A DNA stretch of 63,099 nt, filler included, from Octopus bimaculoides (Eukaryota), in the NCBI RefSeq assembly GCF_001194135.2. It is 6 parts of 6 records of this genome, joined end to end, with 100 filler letters (N's around TTAATTAATTAA, not from the genome) between each part and the next. Parts side by side here need not be neighbours in the genome. Positions count along the whole stretch, not along the records: positions 16,693 to 31,643 come from NC_068987.1; positions 31,744 to 33,231 come from NW_026297364.1; positions 33,332 to 53,733 come from NC_068999.1; 3 more parts are not named here. One strand, 5' to 3'. Position numbers and translations under genes: made by a program. A model generated the notes under the pieces. The model searched no databases. It was not told the origin of the DNA and saw only the letters and a list, made by a program, of their open reading frames with translations. The first letter of the stretch is position 1; each line of letters starts with the position of its first letter. Of this stretch, positions 23,690 to 37,347 are shown piece by piece.

Positions 23690-24300
23690 ACTTCCTTGGG
23701 TAAAACCTTAAACCGCATCCGTTAGTGGGGCCTTTTGTACGAAAGTTCCAGGGTATTGTGGAGTACGGAATCAACTCTCAGCCACTGTCGATCCCAGATC
23801 TACTCCAACTCGGAGTAGAAACATCTGAGGGTCCCAGGTATAGGTTAACTGGCATACGTACCACCTGCATCAAACCCAGGTTATGTCTGGTCCGATAATC
23901 AGCGGTGAATTGGTTAGTGAATCCTTTGTGACGATCAATAATGGATGGAACGTTGAGCTACTACAGATCACAAAATCGGAAAGTATGTATGCCTGTGACT
24001 GGGGGCCACAAGGGAATTAGTATTTTCACCACTAAAACTCCAAACATAAAATCAACAGCTCAGCAACAAATGATGAATACGGCTTCCGCATCCTTGCTGT
24101 CTAATGTGCTTGCACTCCAAGTGGGGCATTGACCAAATTTGCAAGCTGGATATTTGGACTGCAGGCTGAAGCATTACTTTGCTTACTGGAACGTTAGAGT
24201 CGACCTCCGGCTGTGGTCATCATTCATGATGGATGTAGGGAATTCGTTGTTCAGAGCTTGCTCAACCCAATCGCGGTGAATGCTGCCACAAATACAGGTA
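23690..24300. mobile_element. GC-richer segment, possibly a decayed 5' end of an APE-type (RTE-like) LINE
   Basis: Plus frame FAYWNVR at about 24178-24198 resembles the APE N-terminal xxTWNVR motif; the downstream match is poor. Confidence 0.25.
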
Positions 24301-25964
24301 GTAACAAATACAGTTCTTTGGATCGTCATCAACGATGTTTTTAAAACAAAATTTATTTTAATTAAACCACTGTTATCCACAGATAATTTAAAAATGAATA
24401 GTATGTATTATCTATTATCTTTTAGCCTAGTATCTATCGTTAAGCCTAGTTTTGGAGAATGTAGTAAGAATATCGGAACTTTCCTACAGATAGCAGGTAA
24501 GTCGCCTTCAAATCACTCCTAATCATCTTCAAAGAACACTATAACCGAAGTGATTCTAGATACACATACTTGAAAAGCAAGCAGAAGTTATGAGACAGTC
24601 ACTATTATAATATCATTTGTTCAAAGGTCAACATGATTAGAACTGAGCTGCATCTAAACAGCAGCAACATCATTAAACAACAAAAACAACAACAACGACG
24701 ACGGAAACATCATCAACAACAACAACAGTGACAACAACAAACGTGCATCCTTAGAGTTTGCTGCTGCGCTAATAAATTCCCATTTACAGCAATGCGTCGT
24801 CATTGTCGATGGAATGTGGATGTTAATTCACATTCCAAAGGCGAAGTAGATCTAAAGAAACATTAAATTGGAAAATAAGCATGTTTGTCTTTAATTCTTC
24901 TCTCAGAAATTCTCCCTCAAAACATGTTCTCGTAATAAAGATTTAGCTACATACCACTATTTTCTTCTACTCAATTATAGCTTGCTGAACGATAAGCTAA
25001 ATATATCCAATATGAAACAACGAAAGAGGTCATTTGCCTGACTATAATAGTCAATCTCACTGTCAGCCTTCCGCAGCTAAATCTTAGAAAAACCATGTAA
25101 AAGGCCGTTGATATAAAGAACGCTGACCAGTCAAACGATCATCTGTCATGAAATGAAGTGCAGGCCAATGCTGTTATACACAGACATTTTGTATGCTAGC
25201 AAGCTGAAACTGGACAATGGGATTGCTAGGTAAAGTACTATGGCGGAAGTAGAGTAAAAGGATTTCACGAAATTAAAATATCTCTGGCTCTATAATTAAC
25301 GGAACTGTCGACAAGGTTTTTCGAGTAATCATAAACTTGGCAGACACTAAATTACAGCACAAACTATCGCCTGTTAAAGTATATTTGGTCACTAATGCTT
25401 CTCCTGTCTTCATTCCACGTAAGCTGAGGCAATGAAAACATGAAAACAAATTTACAATAAAATTAAAAAAAAAAACATCATTAGTTAAAATATTAGCTTG
25501 CTTGAAAATTATATTATTTTCAATTTTAAAACATTATAACGCATTGATTTTCATTTTTGTTCTGAAATTCAAAGCAGTTTCTTTCAAGAAGTGCACTATA
25601 GTCGCTTGTCTGAGGTTATCTTAATGTAACGTATTTTGTTCAGATGTTAATAGTAGAATCACAAAGTCAGTTCTGTTAGCATTTCGATCTAAACTGTAGA
25701 GATATGAACTTATCTACTATAAGACATATAGCTCTCCCCGACTGCTGCAGCAACAGCAGAGGTATTTAGACAAGGACGATGAAGAGTAAAAATAGTAAAG
25801 ATTTGCACGCGAATAAATAATAAATGATACAGAATGACGAGGAGGATTTTTTAATCATTATTTTGCTATATGAACTGCGACCGTGCTGGGGCACTATATT
25901 CAATGGTTATTATTAAATTATATCGATGTCGATACTTAAGTCTAAACTCATTTAATCGATCCAT

Positions 25965-25969
25965 ATATG

Positions 25970-26047
<78 letters not shown>

Positions 26048-26430
26048 TGTGTGTGTGAATGTGTGTGTGTAAAATGTTTAAGCCCGTCTATATAGTCACG
26101 TCCATTAAGAAAGCTACCTTCCATTAGAGACGTTACAACGATTCACTACGCATATGCAAAGCAAACACAGACACAATTCTGCATTCATACATATTTACAT
26201 ACATAAATGCATGTATACACACATACATACAAACATACGTACATAAATGCATATGTACATACATACATAAATGCATGCATACATAGATGCATACATACAT
26301 ACATACATACATCAATGCATACATACATACATACATATAAATCCATACATATATAAATGCATGCAAACATACATGCATACATACATACATAAAAAAACAT
26401 ACATACACTCATACATACATACATACATGG
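25965..26430. repeat. (TG)n and (CATA)n microsatellite cluster
   Basis: Direct reading. Confidence 0.9.
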
Positions 26431-26860
26431 TGGTGTCTACGCCTTATGCAGAGTTTGACCACCTCCTGTACCTACACCTTTGCACCACCATGGCGTCTGA
26501 TGTGACTTTTTAAAGCAGACAATATTCTGAAAAGACACCCACTTACACTGCACATCCGATTTGGACCACCAAGAGCTGCAGTTAAGTTCTGATCTTTGTG
26601 GATCTTAAAATGTCTCTTGAGGCTTCCGTTGGATTAGCAAACCTGGTGTACACTGCATTCAAAGGTGTGCACAGACATATAGGCAGAATAGTTGGTGCAG
26701 GTGTGTTTCCATGCGTTCATAGATGAGATTTGAGGCAAGCAAAATACAGGCATGGTCTGTCAGAGACTGTGCACAGAAAAATGTCAGTCATTCACCTTCT
26801 CGATTGTTACATTCTTCCTTAGATCTCTTTTGAGTCTTACTTATGTTGTCCTTGTCTATT
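26429..26860 (-). mobile_element. Decayed non-LTR retrotransposon 3' end (probably RTE-like) with two C2H2-like zinc-finger remnants
   Basis: Minus frame FECSVHQVC*SNGSLKRHFKIH ... MCSVSGCLFRILSALKSHIRRH, then a short tail running into a (TATG)n microsatellite, as is typical of LINE 3' ends. Confidence 0.55.
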
Positions 26861-28253
26861 CAAATGCTTTCACCCCACTCCACTCCACTCCACTCCACAC
26901 CTTGATCCGAAGCAAGGGTTTCTATATCGTTTGGAACCATTCTCAGTGACTTCATAGTACTCCTTATGCCGTCCTTAAAGCTTACATGCATGCATTCATA
27001 CATACATACATGCATACATACATACATACATACATACATACATACATACATGCATCAATAAATACACACATACATACACAAACGGTAATATAATTAAAGT
27101 TGCATCAAGAGATACCCATATGTAGAATTTGAGAAAACCCATAGAAGATGGTATAAATATATTTCCGAACATGCAATGGTCTAATATTTCAGTGAACCTC
27201 AATATATCTATGTGCATATGTATATATGTAGGGATGTATGTATGCATGCATGTATGTATGCGTGTATGTATGCATGTATACATGTGTGTTTATATATANN
27301 NNNNNNNNNNNNNNNNNNNNNNNNNNNNNNNNNNNNNNNNNNNNNNNNNNNNNNNNNNNNNNNNNNNNNNNNNNNNNNNNNNNNNNNNNNNNNNNNNNNN
27401 NNNNNNNNNNNNNNNNNNNNNNNNNNNNNNNNNNNNNNNNNNNNNNNNNNNNNNNNNNNNNNNNNNNNNNNNNNNNNNNNNNNNNNNNNNNNNNNNNNNN
27501 NNNNNNNNNNNNNNNNNNNNNNNNNNNNNNNNNNNNNNNNNNNNNNNNNNNNNNNNNNNNNNNNNNNNNNNNNNNNNNNNNNNNNNNNNNNNNNNNNNNN
27601 NNNNNNNNNNNNNNNNNNNNNNNNNNNNNNNNNNNNNNNNNNTATATATACAAACATACATACAGTTACATCCACGTATCTATATACTCACACTTCTATC
27701 CATCTATCTGTCTACCTATCTATCTCTCTATCTCTCTATCTATCTATCTACCACTATGTGTGTGAGTGTATGCGTGTGCATGCGTGCGTGTGTGTGAGAG
27801 TATTTTTTGTGCGCGCGCATACAATATATAACTTACGTCAGCACTAGTTAGATGAGGTGTGAGAGGTATGAAATAAAGTAACTTTGAAGTTTTCAGCATA
27901 AAACCTTTTACAGATATTCGGTAGTTAGATACGGATGGTGAAGAAAAAGACTAATGGCGAATTATGTGAAAAAAAAAAAAATAACACCATCAGTTTAATT
28001 GCTGGTGGTGTGAAAAGAATGAGGTTTCATACACGTACAGCAACAAGGCATTTCACTTTGAGTAAATGTATACATTATATGTGCACGCACGCGTACATAC
28101 ATAAGTGTCTCTCAGTAATATAAAGGTATATGTTTATATATATCATTTCTGTGAAAGGTGTTTATACTTCTTTGTTGTATATATTTGGGTTATATACACA
28201 TATATACATGTTTCTATGTTTTGTTGGGTAGTGTTTTCAGGAGATGTATGTAA

Positions 28254-28433
28254 CAGGCGTGGGTGTGTGGTAAGAAGATTGCTTCCCAACCACATTGCTC
28301 CGAGTTCAGTCCCACTGCGTTGCCCTTCAGACAAGTGTCTACTACTCTAGTCTCGGGCCGACCAAAGCCTTGTGAGTTGAAATGGAAGACAGAAACTGAA
28401 AGAATCCCGTCGTATATATATATATATATATAT
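28254..28433 (+). mobile_element. CORE-type SINE, family B (runs into TA tract and gap)
   Basis: gtgtggtaagaagattgcttcccaaccacat...gagttcagtcccactgcg...cgggccgaccaaagccttgtgag...cccgtcgtatata. Confidence 0.88.
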
Positions 28434-29161
28434 NNNNNNNNNNNNNNNNNNNNNNNNNNNNNNNNNNNNNNNNNNNNNNNNNNNNNNNNNNNNNNNNNNN
28501 NNNNNNNNNNNNNNNNNNNNNNNNNNNNNNNNNNNNNNNNNNNNNNNNNNNNNNNNNNNNNNNNNNNNNNNNNNNNNNNNNNNNNNNNNNNNNNNNNNNN
28601 NNNNNNNNNNNNNNNNNNNNNNNNNNNNNNNNNNNNNNNNNNNNNNNNNNNNNNNNNNNNNNNNNNNNNNNNNNNNNNNNNNNNNNNNNNNNNNNNNNNN
28701 NNNNNNNNNNNNNNNNNNNNNNNNNNNNNNNNNNNNNNNNNNNNNNNNNNNNNNNNNNNNNNNNNNNNNNNNNNNNNNNNNNNNNNNNNNNNNNNNNNNN
28801 NNNNNNNNNNNNNNNNNNNNNNNNNNNNNNNNNNNNNNNNNNNNNNNNNNNNNNNNNNNNNNNNNNNNNNNNNNNNNNNNNNNNNNNNNNNNNNNNNNNN
28901 NNNNNNNNNNNNNNNNNNNNNNNNNNNNNNNNNNNNNNNNNNNNNNNNNNNNNNNNNNNNNNNNNNNNNNNNNNNNNNNNNNNNNNNNNNNNNNNNNNNN
29001 NNNNNNNNNNNNNNNNNNNNNNNNNNNNNNNNNNNNNNNNNNNNNNNNNNNNNNNNNNNNNNNNNNNNNNNNNNNNNNNNNNNNNNNNNNNNNNNNNNNN
29101 NNNNNNNNNNNNNNNNNNNNNNNNNNNNNNNNNNNNNNNNNNNNNNNNNNNNNNNNNNNNN

Positions 29162-29208
<47 letters not shown>

Positions 29209-29223
29209 GTACATGTGTGTGTT

Positions 29224-29266
<43 letters not shown>

Positions 29267-31092
29267 ATAGATATACACCTGTTACCTGCTCTTGTACTCT
29301 TCCTGTGAACTAATTTTTTTAATTCACAAGACATTGCTTAACTTGTGGCTATGGCAGACGATCAAACGTGTCCATAGTACAATGCAGTCTGTTGAAAATC
29401 AGAACCACATGATTGTGAAACAAAATTCTTTACATCACATTCGTGCCATACTTACGAAATAAATCTAGATTAGTCACCATGTTAGAATTAATGCATAAAT
29501 TAATTCAGAGCAACTGTTGTGTCTTCAACTACTGTTGAAAGTGCCATCTTCTTTTAAACACATCTGACCCTCACTTTTAAATAGGTTCAGTACTCATGTA
29601 ATGCTTCTACTTATCACATCTCAAGCAAAACGACAAATATCCGAGAGACAGCATAAATGTACAATCGATAAAATAACTTTTTTTGTCCTCACAACATATG
29701 AGTCAAGAATATTTTAAGATCTGAATGGAAAAATAACGATACTACAAGAATAAACAAGTAAATAAAAGGAATAAAATATTTGAGAAAATACAAAAAAATA
29801 TTAAATAATGTAATATCGATTTCAGAAAAGACGCATTTTCTTTTTCTTGTTTCTGATTTTGACTTCAAGTTTAAATTTTTCATTCTAGACATATCTGAAT
29901 GAGATAATCTTTGATACGACATCTTTCATTGGTTATTCCGTTTTCTTTATTCTTACTAATACCCATTGCGGAGATTAATTAAGCAGTGCTATAATATTAA
30001 TCCTCAAATGATGAGTTTTTTTTTTCCTGTTTTGTATAGTATTTTTTATATCATTTTACTCTTCGCTTAGATACGTCCAGAATCGTAGACGTCTGCCCGT
30101 GTCGTCGCTGATCTGTGATGACAAGCAAACTAGACATTGCGTTGACATCTGCTGAAAAAAATAAAGCAGGCTTATGACATCACTTTCGCTTTATGAGGGA
30201 AAATCTTTATCTCCGGATCGATCTTGAGGATATCCATTAAGTTTGAGGATTTATTTTTCTTTAGTTATTCATTTGCTTGGTTGGAGGCAGGATAACTCTA
30301 TCTTGTTGATATATGTGATTTAGAATGACAATATTGCAAAATCTAATTAGTAGAATCTATGATTCATAAAAATTATTTTACGAAATGTAAAGCCTTTTTC
30401 ATAAGCTCTAAAAAGAGTTTGTAACATGTTGGCCCATTTCTGTTTTTTAATAGAAATATAAAAATTCAAGGATTTCTAAAACTAGAAATACTTCCGGAAA
30501 CCACTCTGAATACACATCAATTTACAATAATGAAACGCGTTACGCAGCAGAAGAATAAAGTTTGAACATTTATTTCGAGTTTAACCCTTCCTGCTCTCAA
30601 GCTATAAATCCTAATGAGAATGGCAGTAGAAACCTAGTGTTATTGAAATCTTTGTCTATAGTTATTGAAATCTTTGAATACAAATATTGATTTTTCACAT
30701 AGACTTATGACCATAAAATGAGGGGAACGGTGTAAATTGAACTGTTATTCGGGTGACACTTCATCTTATTGAATCTAATCTATTGAAGTCGATCTCAGCT
30801 GTAACGAAATGACGCAACGTTCGTCCGACCGAAACTCTACGTCCTTTAAGACAAATACATTTGAAAGTCTTTAGTAGAACAAATTCTATTATAATCATGT
30901 AAACCAAGTCTTCGACTAAAAATAATTTTCTACATTCACTCTATAAGTAAAAACGGTCCTAATGAAAAAGCATGGGTGATACCCCTCCTAATCTGAGTAG
31001 ACATTAAGAAATAGATCATTACTTAAATTTATTTATAAATATCGATATTCAAATTTCGATATTGCTGTCAAGTCAGCTTCTTAACCATATAC

Positions 31093-31175
<83 letters not shown>

Positions 31176-31177
31176 TT

Positions 31178-31328
31178 AGGCGCCGCGTGGCTTTGTGGTA
31201 AAACGCTTGTTTCCTGACCACATAGTTCCAGGTTCAGACTGACCGTGTGGCTACTTTAGCCTCCAACTGACTTTTGAGTGGATTTTATTGACGGAAACTG
31301 AATGAAGCCGGTCATTTATATATATATA
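31178..31328 (+). mobile_element. Family B SINE, internally deleted
   Basis: ggcgccgcgtggctttgtggtaaaacgcttg...ccaggttcag...gagtggattttattgacggaaactgaatgaagccgg then TA tract. Confidence 0.7.
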
Positions 31329-31419
31329 CTAGCAGAAATACCCGGCGTTGCCCGGGTTAAAGAGAATAATGAAATCTAAAAACGCCGTCTAGACTACGCA
31401 TCATCTTTATATATAGAGA
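31329..31419 (-). mobile_element. 91-bp non-autonomous Helitron
   Basis: Minus strand A|TCTCTATATATAAAG...CCCGG-GCAACG-CCGGG TATTTCTG CTAG|T shows 5' TC, a GC-rich subterminal hairpin, 3' CTAG, an A|T target and no TSD. Confidence 0.85.
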
Positions 31420-31743
31420 TGTATATACACACACGCACCCAAACACACGTATATATATGTATATCAATATAAATATATGAAAGTCAATGAAGTTTCGTAA
31501 AAGAAGGTGATCATGTACATACTTTCTTGCTGATCTGATTATAACACCTCATTGTAAACTATGTTCCTTGTTTTCCCTTGTGGAGCATATACAAATAGGT
31601 GTTTTGTTGCTGCCCACTCTTGAGCAGCCAACATACAGTTGTCNNNNNNNNNNNNNNNNNNNNNNNNNNNNNNNNNNNNNNNNNNNNTTAATTAATTAAN
31701 NNNNNNNNNNNNNNNNNNNNNNNNNNNNNNNNNNNNNNNNNNN

Positions 31744-32095
31744 GCTTGAGGATAATAGAATGGACATTGTCTTGTCCATTTGAAGCGACCAGATTTAACT
31801 AGTGTATGCTGTGAGATGCTTCATACACGGGAAGCAAATGAGGTGGTTTTCTCTGCGAGTATACTGCTTCTTGAACCATCGTGATTGCATGAAGAAAGAT
31901 TCTATAAAGTTTCTAGAAATAATTTTAGTAAGTGACCTGCGGGGTCATTTGAAGTCTAAGATTCATGAGGGTTTTCAACTGGTGCAAAGTACGGACCTAC
32001 GTGTTGCAGTTCCAAAGATGGTCTTACAGGAGTTGCAGCACCGGGTCCAGCGTGTAGTTCTAGCGATTTTTCTCCAGGTGTGGAGTGCTGTGTTC
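31744..32095 (+). mobile_element. Possible decayed Tc1/mariner transposase C-terminus
   Basis: LRGHLKSKIHE...DLRVAV resembles LWGxLKSKVY...xDLxxAI, which follows the third catalytic residue; no TIRs seen. Confidence 0.4.
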
Positions 32096-32650
32096 TTTAC
32101 ATGAATTGTTGCAGTGCGTCTATTATCGGACTACTTGTAGGATTGAGGTCATGTTTGCGTGTGAATTGCTTTCAATCTCAGGCCTAGCTATTTCTCATAA
32201 CTCACGAGTAAAGTACATTTATTGCCAGGGATAGCTGGCATAAAACAGCTGGAGCTATAATCAGTTAGCTGACATGAAATGCTATTGGTCCCAGAAGGTG
32301 GAAATGGTGTAGATCTAAATCATAGCTGAGCATGCACGGACTAGTTACGCTAAAGCAATCGTTGATTGACCCTCCAAGTGCATAAATGTGAAGTGAGATA
32401 AACACCTTCGAAGCAGGAAGAAATACANNNNNNNNNNTGCATAAATGTGAAGTGAGATAAACACCTTCGAAGCAGGAAGAAATACAGTCGAAAATTGGTA
32501 GTTTAAGTTCAAAGAGTGCTTGAGGTAACATATATCTTGTAGAAGGGCGAAGAAAGAAAGTCTGAGTCAATTAAGTGGATGTCCTTGTTGCCGATGTCCA
32601 AGGGAATGTTTTAGTGTAAATGAATGAAATCAGTATAGTTACAGGCAACT

Positions 32651-32826
32651 TTAGGCAGCTAGCTGGCAGAATTGTTAGCATGCCGGGCAAAATGCTCAGC
32701 GACATTTCGTCTGTCTTTATGATCTGAGTTCAAATTCCGCCGAGGTTGACTTTACCTGTTATCCTTTCGGAGTCGATAAATTAAGTACCAGTTGAGCACT
32801 GAGATCGATGTAATCGACTTACCCCT
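32651..32826 (+). mobile_element. SINE family A
   Basis: agctggcagaattgttagcatgccgggcaaaatgc...ctgagttcaaattccgccgagg...gtcgataaattaagtaccag. Confidence 0.88.
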
Positions 32827-34351
32827 NNNNNNNNNNNNNNNNNNNNNNNNNNNNNNNNNNNNNNNNNNNNNNNNNNNNNNNNNNNNNNNNACTTTCTGGA
32901 GTGAGCTTTGAGTAAAGAGTCTAATCTGGACAGCAAAACTAATCTATTGATAAAGACGAAAATATTCGCGCCTTGAGAAGATTAGGATGTATGATCTGCG
33001 AGCCTGTCACGTGATGTACAATGCTGGATCGGAATCCAGGGATGTTAAAGAAGCAGAGGAGGTAATTGTCTAGAGTATTTTAGCATTATTTTTTGACATC
33101 TTGGGAAGTATAGAAGGGAAGTTATGATAACCTCCAGTCAGGAACCTGTTCAATACGCTTGCAACAGCGGACTACACTAAAATTACCTAAATGGAAGAGA
33201 CCACGTCTCACACCCCGTAGAATTTGGAATTNNNNNNNNNNNNNNNNNNNNNNNNNNNNNNNNNNNNNNNNNNNNTTAATTAATTAANNNNNNNNNNNNN
33301 NNNNNNNNNNNNNNNNNNNNNNNNNNNNNNNATATATATATATATATATATACATATGCATATATATATATTCTTATGCGTAAATCTACAGTGTATACAT
33401 ATATACATATAATCTGACGTGTGCGTGTATGTTTATATATATATATATTTAAATGCCAATATATTTGCGCACATCTGTGGTTGGGTGCTAGTAAATGCAT
33501 ATTGAATGAACATGTTTCGCAGAGAAAATGTAAAACAAAAATAAGGTAAATAAGGAGAAATTGTTTTATAAAGATTTTGAATTTTTCGTCCCTTTCAGGC
33601 AGAAACTAATAATATAATCTCATCTTAAAATGCTCGACTATATATGCTCATTCATATTTATCACATTCATGTTCATCACACTTGTGACGAAATATATATC
33701 AATATTAACTGATTGTGCTAGGTAAACATCCGGGAGGTAAATGAAAACTCTAAATCTAATATCGAACTGAATCATTTTTTCCTTTTGTGTATGCGAATTT
33801 ATGGTACGTTTGTATATTTTTGCATGTGTGCTTGTGAGTACGTATGAGTACGTGTGTCACTGCTTGCTCATATGTTTAGTAATTCGAGCCTCGGCTATGA
33901 TATATCCTGCCATTATTAAATTACATATGACGTGGAGGACAATGCATTAACTACATCAACTAAACACTCAGAATGAAGAGTTATATGAAATGTTGTATCA
34001 CATATCTGTAAGTGGATGGAAATCCTGTGCGATTTAATTCTGTCTCTGACTTAAGGCCATACAAAGTCATAAAGCAAATCTTATCTAGAAATACACAGTG
34101 CACTTTGAACTATTTCAAGTAATTTGAATGGAATTAGGTAGTATAAGGTATTAATTTTTATTTTCTGGGTTGATATTTATCTGTGAACATGGAAGCACTC
34201 AACATAAATTAAATTTAATTCCCCTAAGCATACATATTCAAACTCTCACATACAGCTGTTATATACATTCATGCACACGTATATTCCTATATTCATGTAC
34301 GCTTACATTTGTACATACATATATGGAGAGACATATGGCACACAGATAAAT

Positions 34352-34387
<36 letters not shown>

Positions 34388-36096
34388 ACATACACATATA
34401 ATCTTCGCTCATAAATCAGAAGCGAACTTATTCTTACAAAGTAGGCACACAAACGTGTATACACATGTTTGTGTTTACTATATAACCATGACCGTATGGA
34501 TACGAAGAAATAATATATGATATCATATAATATAATATAATATAATGTAATATAATAAAATATAATATAATGTATGTATGTACGTATGTATGTATGTACA
34601 CATACATAGGGAATTCAATATCGCAATCTATAAGACATGATATAGAAATTGATGCAAAAAATTAATATTTACTTGAAGAAATGCGTTAATATTTACTTAA
34701 CATATCAGTATAGTGCAACATATTCAAATATTTTTTATAAGTGTGTCAAAAGAAGGAGCAACGCCCATAACATTTGCAAGCTCTTCGGTGCACCATGTGG
34801 ATTAATAAATTATTTTAAAACTGCATATATGTCTACGTATTTTCGATGTATTAATGGATTCCTACGATAGCTTCGCTCGTTATACTTCTCTTATCAGCAT
34901 CTCTGAGGATATTAGCTGACGAAAATAAACTTTGGTAACATGCGAACTTTAAAGAATGCTGTTAGACCGAAATAGAAGATTGAAATTAATGCCTTGCAGC
35001 AATTGTTAACTGGTTGTGCGTTCTGATTTTAAATCCCACCTGGATCGAGCTGGCATTTCGATTATACTTGTCGATAATATAGATCTCTAATACTACTCCA
35101 ATGCCACACATGTTACTAGAAGGCATAATCGATTGCATCAACCATCATACCTGACTAGTAAGTATTTTATTGCTGTTGTAACGATCAAAGGCAAAGCCGT
35201 CCCGCGGTGGGATTTGAATTTACAAGATAAAAGGAAGTGACTTATTACTGTGAAGTATTTTGTGTCTTTCTTTGACTCTGCTATCCATCACTGTACTATC
35301 GTTGATAATAATTTCTAATAGAGCCACAAGACCTCAAGTTTGTGCGATGTGATTAGTTTATCATATTTTCCTTTCAGTAGAAACCGCTACATATTTCAAC
35401 TACCACTGTTGAAAGATTGGCACAACTGTTAGCGCGTCGAGCAACATACCCTGAGGCGATATTATTACGATACTATAATTGCTTTTCTGATTTCGAATCA
35501 CGTCTTTCTCATTGTTATGGTTAATATACAGGCTTAAATTCACATATAAGTATCATGTACAGATAAAAGAAGTTTAACTAGTCTAAACTGAAATCATTTC
35601 ATATTTAGTAAGACTAAAATTATAAATGTACCAAATTTTCTGATCCATTCATTTAACTAAAAAAATATTATTTAGGCTTCTGCATTCACCTCTCCCACAT
35701 TCTTACAAACGCGCGCACATAAATACTTTGAGAGAAATTACACGAAACAAGAACTGTTGTAAATATATGTATAATATACATATATGTATGTGTATATGTA
35801 TGTGTATATATATATATGTATATATATATATATACGAATCATATTTATTAGGAAGAGGCACAATTTGAACATNNNNNNNNNNNNNNNNNNNNNNNNNNNN
35901 NNNNNNNNNNNNNNNNNNNNNNNNNNNNNNNNNNNNNNNNNNNNNNNNNNNNNNNNNNNNNNNNNNNNNNNNNNNNNNNNNNNNNNNNNNNNNNNNNNNN
36001 NNNNNNNNNNNNNNNNNNNNNNNNNNNNNNNNNNNNNNNNNNNNNNNNNNNNNNNNNNNNNNNNNNNNNNNNNNNNNNNNNNNNNNNNNNNNNNNN

Positions 36097-36142
<46 letters not shown>

Positions 36143-37347
36143 CGAATCATATTTATTAGGAAGAGGCACAATTTGAACATTTGAACATATTTGTCTCGCT
36201 ACATTACAGTTTCATATTTTAGTTAACTAGAAATCAGCGCATAACTGAAAATCTGCGGTGGACGGAAGATCCCTCCGAGAAAATGCTGCAAGACATCTCT
36301 TTTGACACTTACAATAAATAATTTTGCTTTCAGTGAATCTTAACTTGCACTATCCGTAGTCGACATTAACCGTGAACGGCCTGAAGTTTCGCTGACCACT
36401 TCTATTCATCAACAAGCCATTAAGCATATAAATGTCTACGTGAGAACTGGCTGGAGAAATCTATCACTTGCAAACCACCGTTCAACAAATTTGACTGAGT
36501 CATGAATTGAACACGAAACTTCAACAACTGTAAGAAATAGCCGTAAAACATTTTCCTCAACTATGCAAAGTTTCGCTCCAACATTTCGATCTATAAATTC
36601 TATCGAATATTAGGAATTGCTAATTTCGAAAACAAAACTAACGTATTATCATACCACTGGATAAAAAGAATGAAATAAATATGAATTGGAAAAAATGAGC
36701 CATGGCAATAGTGAGAACATACTTCAATCTTTTGAAGAATAACTATTTATAAAAACCAAAAAGAACATTGTTAATTTATTCTTCGAATTTCCAGCAGCAT
36801 CGCATCATTGCAAAAGCTATAGTATTATTTAGCATCAATGCGATACCAGATTGTTTAAGACTGCTTGTCTGCTTTTTTGTCGTTGCCTTATTTGTTAGAA
36901 AAGAATTGAGCCTGCAGAGGTATAACATTATGATTAAAGTTAAAGTTAAAATTGTAATACTTAAAAGTTTTAAAAGTTAAAGTAAGCCAAAAGGCATATA
37001 GGACTGAAAAACTCTTCACATGATGTATTCTGGAAAATAAACTGCATTTCCTGGCTATCATCATTCATTATGCACAAGATGCTCATAAGACACTTCCTGA
37101 TTAAAAGTAGAAAGAGAATTGCCATCTCATAAGAGAAACCTCTTCTGAATATTTGTAACGGAGTTTATCCGCTACAAACATTCACTGTCTAAGTGCTCGG
37201 GATAAATCTGACGAGTGAGTAAATCCTAAGTTACAATCATAACTAACACCAGAGCGCATGCGAATAAATGCGTTAAAGTAACCACTAGATAAATATTCTT
37301 AAAAATGTATGTACCTTTTTAATTTCATATATTAAAACATGTTGCTT

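Noticed and set aside
23941-23982. DGTLSYYRSQ peptide resembling a PH-domain strand, followed by gtatgt
   Set aside because: There is an in-frame stop five codons upstream and no usable acceptor; the match is too short.
32380-32480. About 49-bp direct repeat gcataaatgtgaagtgagataaacaccttcgaagcaggaagaaataca
   Set aside because: The two identical copies are separated only by a 10-N gap: most likely an unmerged contig overlap.
34935-35290. Very degenerate family A SINE-like fragments in both orientations
   Set aside because: Similarity is too patchy to set boundaries by eye.
35830-36180. Duplicated tacgaatcatatttattaggaagaggcacaatttgaacat on both sides of a gap
   Set aside because: Identical copies at both gap edges, each preceded by a TA tract; likely an assembly overlap or allelic microsatellite length difference.
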